Origin: Escherichia coli
GTDB taxonomy: Bacteria > Pseudomonadota > Gammaproteobacteria > Enterobacterales > Enterobacteriaceae
Assembly: GCA_002099625.1 (NCBI GenBank)
Contig: GCA_002099625.1_4857.1
Direction: 5' to 3' (one strand)
Length of the DNA: 64,000 bases
The position numbers were made by a program, and so were the translations under genes. The notes under the pieces are model-generated. The model saw only the letters and a program-made list of their open reading frames with translations, was not told the origin of the DNA and ran no database searches. This document shows positions 57,358 to 64,000 of this stretch, piece after piece (position 1 is the first letter of the stretch; the number at the start of each line of letters is the position of its first letter).

Positions 57358-57956
57358 TATTCCTCCTCAGGAACATCAATAAGCAGCCTCATATCCAAAG
57401 CATTGGTCACTGGTGTTTTCGGGAAGTCCACCTTGAGAACCAACGTACGGATAGCGCCATTATGCGCCTCTAAGAACATCTTCACCGGCTCAACATAATG
57501 CGCCATAACTGCCTCCGTTACGGCGGTCGCCATTAGATCCAACGTGTAGTGCTTGAGCGTGGCCCAGTGTGAGCTGTCTTGCTCTTTGTACATCAACGCT
57601 AAATCTAACAATGGTGTCAGCCCGTTAAAATGTGACTCGGTGCTGGCTTCCATTGCAACATTAAACTTCCACCGACGGTACTCGTCAGTCAGTAACGTAA
57701 AGAAGTCGTGCAAGAACGTAAGGTCGGTGCGAGGCAACATGCAACGAAACTCGTACGTATAGCTAGTCAGCGTTTCACGTATAAGTTCGTGTATCTCGTC
57801 CTGGTCCAATTCTTTTACGGGTATCTCCACGGTGATACGCGGCAGGCGGACTACGGTGTCAACCACCAAATCCAAAAACCGCATACCGTCCGGAAGATAC
57901 CCCACGACCCCCAAGTCCACATTAATCAAGTGGTTGGCGATCACCTTGTAGATCAT
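57357..57956 (-). CDS. hypothetical protein
   Basis: 199-aa ORF; 1-nt start-stop overlap with the downstream gene. Confidence 0.55.
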   Translation of the reverse strand: MIYKVIANHLINVDLGVVGYLPDGMRFLDLVVDTVVRLPRITVEIPVKELDQDEIHELIRETLTSYTYEFRCMLPRTDLTFLHDFFTLLTDEYRRWKFNVAMEASTESHFNGLTPLLDLALMYKEQDSSHWATLKHYTLDLMATAVTEAVMAHYVEPVKMFLEAHNGAIRTLVLKVDFPKTPVTNALDMRLLIDVPEEE

Positions 57957-57965
57957 TCGTACTCC

Positions 57966-58397
57966 TTAACATTCAACACAGATGAGTGCGTTGCCAATTT
58001 CATTCATAAGGAGTGAAACCTTTGTCTTTTTTGCTCCGTCTTCTGGAGTCAAGCCAGCCATGCCCCACACACGTTCTATCACGGAAAGGATTTCATAGAA
58101 CCGAACATCATCCTTAATCCCACTGCTCATGCTGTAGCAGTTTAGAGGCAGTACCTTTTCAGTACCCCACATCCCGCGCAACTGTTCCAGTATCAACGCA
58201 GGGTCTGGGGGAATAAAAGTAAGAAAGTTCTTACCCTTACCTAGCCCATTAACAATAGAACGAACCGTTAATTCGGCGTAACTGGCCAGAAACAAATAAG
58301 CGACAGCGGGCTCGATCTCGCTAGTATCAGCAATCTCGGCCCGTGCCAACAACGACTCATATTTGAAGACTTCGCCTATGGTCATGTACAGTTTCAT
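57966..58397 (-). CDS. hypothetical protein
   Basis: 143-aa ORF. Confidence 0.55.
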   Translation of the reverse strand: MKLYMTIGEVFKYESLLARAEIADTSEIEPAVAYLFLASYAELTVRSIVNGLGKGKNFLTFIPPDPALILEQLRGMWGTEKVLPLNCYSMSSGIKDDVRFYEILSVIERVWGMAGLTPEDGAKKTKVSLLMNEIGNALICVEC

Positions 58398-58882
58398 TCG
58401 CAGATTAACACCACATCGTTAAAACTATCACCTACATACGTTTGATATCGACCCGGATACAGCGACTCTATCAATCCAGCGAAACCAGTTAAGTTTGTTA
58501 ACTCCTCGACCAACAAACTTACCGCAGCGCCGAAGGCAGCTTGATGTTGTTCGGGCGAACCTTGTGCTGCCAGAAACGTCGTATCGACAGACGTTTCTTT
58601 AGCGAACTGGTCAACGGACAGACCATCGGTCACCAACTCCCAATTGCCCAGAGGTTCAAGCGTGTCTTCCTGTAACAAATCAACCATTGTCGATGGGTCA
58701 CGAGTTTTCACACCGATGATATACGCAAACGCAAAACGTTGATAAAAATCACGTATCTGCGTTTCATCAATCTCCAGGTTACTGGCTTCCAATACACGCA
58801 ATGCTGCTTCGCGAACGTGCTCGTAAAACCGAGTCGCGCTATATTGGTTCGCAATATCCGCCACATCAAACAGAACACTCAT
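58394..58882 (-). CDS. hypothetical protein
   Basis: 162-aa ORF; ATGA-type overlap. Confidence 0.55.
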   Translation of the reverse strand: MSVLFDVADIANQYSATRFYEHVREAALRVLEASNLEIDETQIRDFYQRFAFAYIIGVKTRDPSTMVDLLQEDTLEPLGNWELVTDGLSVDQFAKETSVDTTFLAAQGSPEQHQAAFGAAVSLLVEELTNLTGFAGLIESLYPGRYQTYVGDSFNDVVLICE

Positions 58883-59388
58883 ACACGGCCTCCGAGATTA
58901 CCGATAAGCAAATCGATAACAGGCAGAAGCTGTGGGGTAATGCGCTCGTACGCTTCCTGGCTGGCAAACTGTGGGAATTTATCACCACCATTATAGTCTA
59001 ATAAGAATTCGACATCCGCCGGATTGCGCGTTGTGTATTGTGCACCGACCCAACGACCGTAGTGAGTAAACCAATAAGGAGACTGCGATACGGCGGTCAT
59101 ATACGCACGACCGATGTTTTGAATTGCGGTGCCGTAGGTGATTACTTGCTCATTTTCCAACACAACACCATGGGCGTTCAGTGTACGAGAAACAAACCCA
59201 AAGGTATTGTTCATCATAAACTTTAACTCACTACCAATGGTTCCACGTTCCACGAAGCTCATGGCGGTATTGATTATCGAGTTCAAATCGTCATTCACTT
59301 CGCGGAGCACATCGTTTGGCGAAAACTCCGTTAACGGCCCAGCCAATAACTGATAGCCGGGGATATAAAAATGAGATCGCTCAATCAT
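58879..59388 (-). CDS. hypothetical protein
   Basis: 169-aa ORF; ATGA-type overlap. Confidence 0.55.
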   Translation of the reverse strand: MIERSHFYIPGYQLLAGPLTEFSPNDVLREVNDDLNSIINTAMSFVERGTIGSELKFMMNNTFGFVSRTLNAHGVVLENEQVITYGTAIQNIGRAYMTAVSQSPYWFTHYGRWVGAQYTTRNPADVEFLLDYNGGDKFPQFASQEAYERITPQLLPVIDLLIGNLGGRV

Positions 59389-59788
59389 TGTAAGTAACCC
59401 CTGTAGTTAACATTTTCCAGACACCGTCTCCTACATGCCAGAGGAGAAAGTCGGATTGTGGTAAAAAAGTCATGTCCTCGTCGATTGCTTGCCAGATGCA
59501 ATCGGTGTCCCGTATCAACAACTCAAATCGACAAAGAGCCCAGTATTTTGCCGACGTGGTTGGGGTAATGATTGGGTTATCGTGAACATACTCCATAAAG
59601 AACTGACGTATCATGCTATCGATAACGCCATATTTTTTCCGCAGAACATGCAACCGAACAATTTGCTCGATATAGTCGTCAAGCTCTACCGCAGCATCCT
59701 GGTAATCGATGCCGAGATTCTCTTTGACGAGTGCGGTGAGTCGGCAAGTCAATCGCACGAACTCAGTATAAACCGTCATCATAGACAT
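59381..59788 (-). CDS. hypothetical protein
   Basis: 135-aa ORF. Confidence 0.55.
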   Translation of the reverse strand: MSMMTVYTEFVRLTCRLTALVKENLGIDYQDAAVELDDYIEQIVRLHVLRKKYGVIDSMIRQFFMEYVHDNPIITPTTSAKYWALCRFELLIRDTDCIWQAIDEDMTFLPQSDFLLWHVGDGVWKMLTTGVTYND

Positions 59789-60071
59789 CTGTTACCTTAC
59801 GTGGAATGAAACGGAGAATTCTGTCTGCTTGATTATAATGATACCGATACCCTTTTGGAGGAATGCCCATTTCCTCACAGATAGCACGATGAACGTGTGA
59901 CGCGATGGTGTGGATTTCCCGCGAATGACTTCTGGGACGATAACACCTAACAATCAGTGAGACTGTTTCTGTGTCCCACGCACCGTGTTCTGTAAATGTC
60001 GGAATCATGTATTCGAGCATACAGAGAATGATATGCTTCAACCCCGTGTTAACATCATACATGCTGAACAT
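59763..60071 (-). CDS. hypothetical protein
   Basis: track ORF 59763-60230; probable start at internal ATG (MFSMYDV...) 13 nt after the upstream stop. Confidence 0.45.
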   Translation of the reverse strand: MFSMYDVNTGLKHIILCMLEYMIPTFTEHGAWDTETVSLIVRCYRPRSHSREIHTIASHVHRAICEEMGIPPKGYRYHYNQADRILRFIPRKVTDVYDDGLY

Positions 60072-60084
60072 GATGTCGCTGGGG

Positions 60085-60648
60085 TCATTCAATATCCTGA
60101 CGTATGCCGTCGAGGCAATGTGATCGATCAGTACCAGACGGACGATATCGTTTGTTTGGGAAGCATTGGCGGTAGTGGATGAATCTGATGTCTTCTCCAA
60201 TTTGTAACTCCAGAGATTGCACCTGCCCACGACGGGTTATGTGTGGTTCCAGTTTAATCGTCGCATAACGATTAAACGGGTGTTTGGCGGCTTTCACAGC
60301 ATTCTCCACAAGTGCATGGATACTGTCCAGGAAACTGTTGTAACAGTCTTCGAATGCCAATCCGATAAGATATTCGGTAGAACGTAAAATCGCTACGGTC
60401 TCCTTCGTCTTATTAACCGGAGTACCCAAACCGCCACTGGAAACGTGTGTACGTTCCACAGGAACTGTTTTCGGTGGAAGTATGATCTGGTCAGCCACCA
60501 ACATCATCGTGAGATTAAAAGCGTCAGTATAAGGTTCCAGCAAAGGTTCCATACGTGCATTAGGCATTTCCGGAACGGAGTAAAAGATATCTTCGAGCGC
60601 AGTGTGTAACAGTTGTACAGTTAACATCTCGCGTTCTTTTTGGCTCAT
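60085..60648 (-). CDS. hypothetical protein
   Basis: track ORF 60085-60846; probable start at internal ATG (MSQKEREML...) that overlaps the TGA of the upstream gene (ATGA). Confidence 0.5.
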   Translation of the reverse strand: MSQKEREMLTVQLLHTALEDIFYSVPEMPNARMEPLLEPYTDAFNLTMMLVADQIILPPKTVPVERTHVSSGGLGTPVNKTKETVAILRSTEYLIGLAFEDCYNSFLDSIHALVENAVKAAKHPFNRYATIKLEPHITRRGQVQSLELQIGEDIRFIHYRQCFPNKRYRPSGTDRSHCLDGIRQDIE

Positions 60649-60965
60649 CCGCAGAGCGGTAGCGTACTGGGAAGCATCGACAGGCCCCCAGAAGCTAGAA
60701 TGAACCGCAGCTGGTTCGAGGTATATTCTGACCACGTTTGCACAACTCCATTTTTGTAATGAAAGGGATAGCGATGGTTTCGGCCCAACGCCGAAATAAC
60801 AAACCACGCTTCCGTGCCAAAATAACTTTCGGCAATGCGTATCCACTCACGTGGAAACTCATGCGTGCCGGGATAAATGACTTCTTGTATCGCGCACAGT
60901 AACATGTCCGCAGGCACAATCAGTTCATTTGTCCCTGGAGAGAAATTAAAGAACATGCGCGTCAT
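60645..60965 (-). CDS. hypothetical small protein, first gene of the array
   Basis: 106-aa ORF ~30 nt downstream of a promoter-like element. Confidence 0.55.
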   Translation of the reverse strand: MTRMFFNFSPGTNELIVPADMLLCAIQEVIYPGTHEFPREWIRIAESYFGTEAWFVISALGRNHRYPFHYKNGVVQTWSEYTSNQLRFILASGGLSMLPSTLPLCG

Positions 60966-60995
60966 CGAGAAATGCTCCTTAAGGATAATTCACGA

Positions 60996-61009
60996 AGATA
61001 ATATCTATG
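60996..61009 (-). promoter_or_regulatory. conserved promoter-like element (variant)
   Basis: AGATAATATCTATG ~30 nt upstream of the minus-strand start at 60965. Confidence 0.45.
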
Positions 61010-61128
61010 CAAAATTTCTTCGAGTATGGTGCGCACATAAAGGTCGTAAAACGTATTTTAATGTCAGGTAATGCTATCCCATTACCCGATGGTATGAGTT
61101 GTCCTACGAGCTTCATAGGAGCCTTAGA

Positions 61129-61941
61129 ATGAATGTTATCGACTACTGCCTGCGTAAAATCAGACAGCATATCCCTGCCCCGATTCTACAGGCGGCTTTT
61201 GTTCCAGAAAACCTCAAGTTACTGGGAATTGCAAGCTCTGTAGATAACGAAATTCAACAACGCGTTATTCGTGAAATTCTGGTCCCTGAAATCTCCAGAA
61301 TGGGGCAGTATCAAGAAGTAGATTTGCAAGGTGTTCCTTGGGATAACGACACGCAAGATTATTTCAGTCGCGTGTATTATCTCGACGACATCAAAACAGG
61401 TGGTCGCCCAATTCTGGACGCCCATATCTCTGTAACACCTGTTGCCGGACAGGCGTACACCATGCCACCCGCGGGTTCGTATCTGGACGGTGCAACCTCT
61501 GGCGTACTGGCGTCCACTCAACAAGTGGTTGATAGTCAATCCGCGATGCCGCGTATCGCCTCACCAGAAGTTGAAGTGCTCGGTCCGAATACCATTCGTA
61601 TCAAAGACCCAGGCATGTTCGTTTACTCTACCAAACTCGTGGTGAAGTACGAACTGTCCCAGGAGATGAACGAAATCAAACCAGCATTCTATCCGGTTGT
61701 AGGTGAGCTGGCAGTCATGGCTGTTAAGCAATATATCTACAACACCATGATCTTCGACATGGATTCCGGTAAACTGGAAAATGGTATGGAGTTCGGTGCC
61801 TTCAGAAACGTTATTGAAGGTTACTCGGACGCCGGTCAAATGTTCGAAGACACCTTGCCGAAAATGCAACGTTGCCTGGTCCACAACGACAACATCGGAA
61901 ACCGTTGGAACTACATGAACGGTGGACGCTTCAAGTCGTAA
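61129..61941 (+). CDS. hypothetical protein
   Basis: track ORF 61099-61941; ATG at 61129 (MNVIDYC...) has AGGAG SD at 7-nt spacing; followed by a terminator. Confidence 0.65.
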   Translation: MNVIDYCLRKIRQHIPAPILQAAFVPENLKLLGIASSVDNEIQQRVIREILVPEISRMGQYQEVDLQGVPWDNDTQDYFSRVYYLDDIKTGGRPILDAHISVTPVAGQAYTMPPAGSYLDGATSGVLASTQQVVDSQSAMPRIASPEVEVLGPNTIRIKDPGMFVYSTKLVVKYELSQEMNEIKPAFYPVVGELAVMAVKQYIYNTMIFDMDSGKLENGMEFGAFRNVIEGYSDAGQMFEDTLPKMQRCLVHNDNIGNRWNYMNGGRFKS

Positions 61942-61997
61942 CAAAAAAAGAAAGATTCCGTACCTCTACTCGCGTAGAGGTACTTCTTCTTTTTTAA
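61942..61997. terminator. bidirectional intrinsic terminator
   Basis: hairpin GTACCTCTAC-TCGC-GTAGAGGTAC flanked by CAAAAAAAGAAAG and TTCTTCTTTTTT. Confidence 0.65.
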
Positions 61998-62383
61998 CCG
62001 GCAACACCCAACACATCCTTAAGATGGTGGGTAATGCCTGACGTCCACGCTTCACCTTCACGCACGATTTCTGGTTGAGCGTTAACCAGTCGGCGGAGAG
62101 AAATTGTGTGTTCCGCTAAACCCGCTACTGGGAACACAGGCGGAACGGTGGCTTGTTTAACATAATCGACGACATCATCAAAGCCTTCGTTAGAAGACCA
62201 ATCGATTTCTACGCCGTCGCAGACATCTAATTGACGCGTGTTGTTCTCTTCATCGGGGTGGAAAGTAAAACCCCATTGAATAGTATCCAGGAGACCACGG
62301 TCAAGTTCGTTGACCACTTTAATTTTCTTGAGGGTATCCGGATGCGCCATAATCACGTCCAGCGGACGCAGTTTGTTTTTCAT
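61994..62383 (-). CDS. hypothetical protein
   Basis: 129-aa ORF. Confidence 0.6.
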   Translation of the reverse strand: MKNKLRPLDVIMAHPDTLKKIKVVNELDRGLLDTIQWGFTFHPDEENNTRQLDVCDGVEIDWSSNEGFDDVVDYVKQATVPPVFPVAGLAEHTISLRRLVNAQPEIVREGEAWTSGITHHLKDVLGVAG

Positions 62384-62450
62384 CGAGCATCTCCTTTGGA
62401 ATCTATTACAGCACAGACTCCCTACAAGATAGGTGCCTGCCGTAAAAAAG

Positions 62451-62867
62451 TCAGTGTAAGGTTCCGAGGGTTTTATAGTGTTTGTAATTCATTGCGTGGA
62501 TGCTGTCTAACACAATGGCGAATACTTCCTCATAAGGTAGTCGTTTCTGCATAACTGCAGCGCACATCGAATCGAATAAAGAAGGCATTAGCTGCGGCAT
62601 TTCATTTATCGCCGACGATTCGCTACGGGATAAACACTCGCTTGTATTTATTGTTGGTGTGTCTGACCCAGTGTAGATAGCCACAACATCTACCACATCT
62701 AGCGAGTCGAGCCACGGTTGGAATTGAGGCAACTGCATTAGCACTGGAAAAACCTCACTTGCAAGTATTCTCGAATAACTGCACTGCGGTCTTAAAGTCG
62801 TGGGTAACTTATTTTCTTCCAATGCTTTAAATAAATCTTGCGTCTGGTAATAGCACTGCGTAATCAT
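62451..62867 (-). CDS. hypothetical protein
   Basis: 138-aa ORF. Confidence 0.6.
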   Translation of the reverse strand: MITQCYYQTQDLFKALEENKLPTTLRPQCSYSRILASEVFPVLMQLPQFQPWLDSLDVVDVVAIYTGSDTPTINTSECLSRSESSAINEMPQLMPSLFDSMCAAVMQKRLPYEEVFAIVLDSIHAMNYKHYKTLGTLH

Positions 62868-62901
62868 GGTAACTTCCTCCTATAAGATTCTGAGGCAGTC
62901 G

Positions 62902-62940
62902 TGAAAAAAGAAAAAAAAGAGGGAACCGAAGTTCCCTCAA
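62902..62940 (-). terminator. intrinsic terminator after gene 62953-63900
   Basis: hairpin GAGGGAAC-CGAA-GTTCCCTC preceded on plus by CGTGAAAAAAGAAAAAAAAGA, same leader as the terminator at ~56902. Confidence 0.6.
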
Positions 62941-62952
62941 AAGCATCGACTA

Positions 62953-63900
62953 CTAACCAAACTGATTTTCATACGCACGGAGCCATTGCTCATGCGGGAA
63001 TAAATTATAGACCTCTTCGGGAACGTGTAACATCAACCACCTCACGCCAATACTGCTCGCGTACCACGAAGCGTATGGATAGATTGAATCCTTCGGTGGT
63101 GCTAACGGTGATGGTAACTGTTGAACATCGGTGACAGGGTTACCGATAACTTCACCGCCGGGTAGTACAGCCGCTAGCATCCAGGTCGTTGGGTAGTAAT
63201 TACCGCTATCTGTTTTAGCCAGATAACGTAAGTCTAAGTTTTCTGGCTCGAGCTGTTTGCGTAACGTTAAGAACAGGCACAACTCAAACGGTGCGATGTT
63301 CAATCTGGTGTTCGGAAGACTGTGCTCTTTATACCAGTTTGCATAGCCTGCCTGGAGAGCATGGATTGCCAGAATCGGTCTATCCACATCCACAGGTAAC
63401 TGGAGCGGTGTAATGTTCAAATCAGCTACAGTTGGAAACATTACCGGTTCAGGATTGATAAGTTGGTTATACGCTTCCCGTAAACGATTCATCTTGATGC
63501 GCAATGCACCGTTCGTTAACATCAGCCTACGTCCGTGGTTTTCATCTGTAGCCCGTTCCGTAAAGAGTGCATCGCCGAAATGGCGAACGAATTCGATACT
63601 TAAGAACCTGGTGTGGTACGTAGGTGAGGTATACTCAATAAACTCGTTCTGTTGGAATCCGAAGTAGTGGAGCAATTCGCCGTTGCCCCATTTGAACACA
63701 AATCGGAATTCGAAGTTCTTGTACTGCAGTGCATCTTTTACAGCACGTATCGCTTCCCAAGCGTCGAAGTTCGTTCTGTATAACGAACCGAAAGGGAAGA
63801 ATCTGCGAGGTAAGAAAGGTCGAATGCGGGTTGCTTCTGCGAGGCTGAAGCCATCCTGGTTTAATCCTTCAATAGCGCTAGGATTACTTGGTCTGTACAT
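62953..63900 (-). CDS. hypothetical protein
   Basis: 315-aa ORF ~55 nt downstream of a promoter-like element. Confidence 0.65.
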   Translation of the reverse strand: MYRPSNPSAIEGLNQDGFSLAEATRIRPFLPRRFFPFGSLYRTNFDAWEAIRAVKDALQYKNFEFRFVFKWGNGELLHYFGFQQNEFIEYTSPTYHTRFLSIEFVRHFGDALFTERATDENHGRRLMLTNGALRIKMNRLREAYNQLINPEPVMFPTVADLNITPLQLPVDVDRPILAIHALQAGYANWYKEHSLPNTRLNIAPFELCLFLTLRKQLEPENLDLRYLAKTDSGNYYPTTWMLAAVLPGGEVIGNPVTDVQQLPSPLAPPKDSIYPYASWYASSIGVRWLMLHVPEEVYNLFPHEQWLRAYENQFG

Positions 63901-63958
63901 GATGCTTACCTTTTATAGTCGAGTTGGGGGAATTCAGATGAGGCTTTCTCATCTCACT

Positions 63959-63974
63959 TAGATAATATCTATCT
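63959..63974 (-). promoter_or_regulatory. conserved promoter-like element (short form)
   Basis: TAGATAATATCTATCT ~58 nt upstream of the minus-strand start at 63900. Confidence 0.5.
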
Positions 63975-64000
63975 GCGAATATTTGGAATACAAAAAAAAA

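Noticed and set aside
60085-60965. Programmed frameshift joining the overlapping ORFs 60645-60965 and 60085-60846
   Set aside because: An ATGA stop-start overlap at ~60645-60648 explains the arrangement as two coupled genes without a frameshift.
1-64000. tRNA genes, rRNA genes, CRISPR arrays
   Set aside because: No intergenic stretch has tRNA-like cloverleaf features with a GTTC-type T-arm, no regularly spaced direct repeats with unique spacers, and no rRNA-like sequence was seen.

Overview
This window reads as a gene-dense stretch of a large virulent (jumbo) phage genome of the phiKZ-like, multisubunit-RNA-polymerase type; codon usage and roughly balanced GC suggest an enterobacterial host. 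Almost all genes are on the minus strand, tightly packed with ATGA/TAATG start-stop overlaps, and separated by UUCG/CGAA-tetraloop intrinsic terminators. Calls I can support from motifs in the translations: dihydrofolate reductase; fragments of a phage multisubunit RNA polymerase (a beta-like fragment, a beta'-C fragment, and a beta'-N gene apparently interrupted by a group I intron carrying an HNH/NUMOD homing endonuclease); a family-B DNA polymerase split into an exonuclease gene (plus strand, ~24.3-26.0 kb) and a polymerase gene (minus strand, ~54.6-56.9 kb); an SF2 helicase; an Mre11/SbcD-like metallophosphoesterase; an SSB-like protein; and a HEXXH metalloprotease candidate. A conserved AT-rich promoter-like element (plus-strand core TAATAT[C/A]TATCT) occurs nine times, eight of them 30-60 nt upstream of minus-strand gene starts. 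The 617-aa protein next to the beta'-N gene is a candidate phage-nucleus shell protein (chimallin), proposed on size and remembered synteny only. No tRNA, rRNA or CRISPR array was found. Most other ORFs are hypothetical. Coordinates of hairpins and motifs were counted by hand and may be off by 1-2 nt; nothing here was checked against a database.
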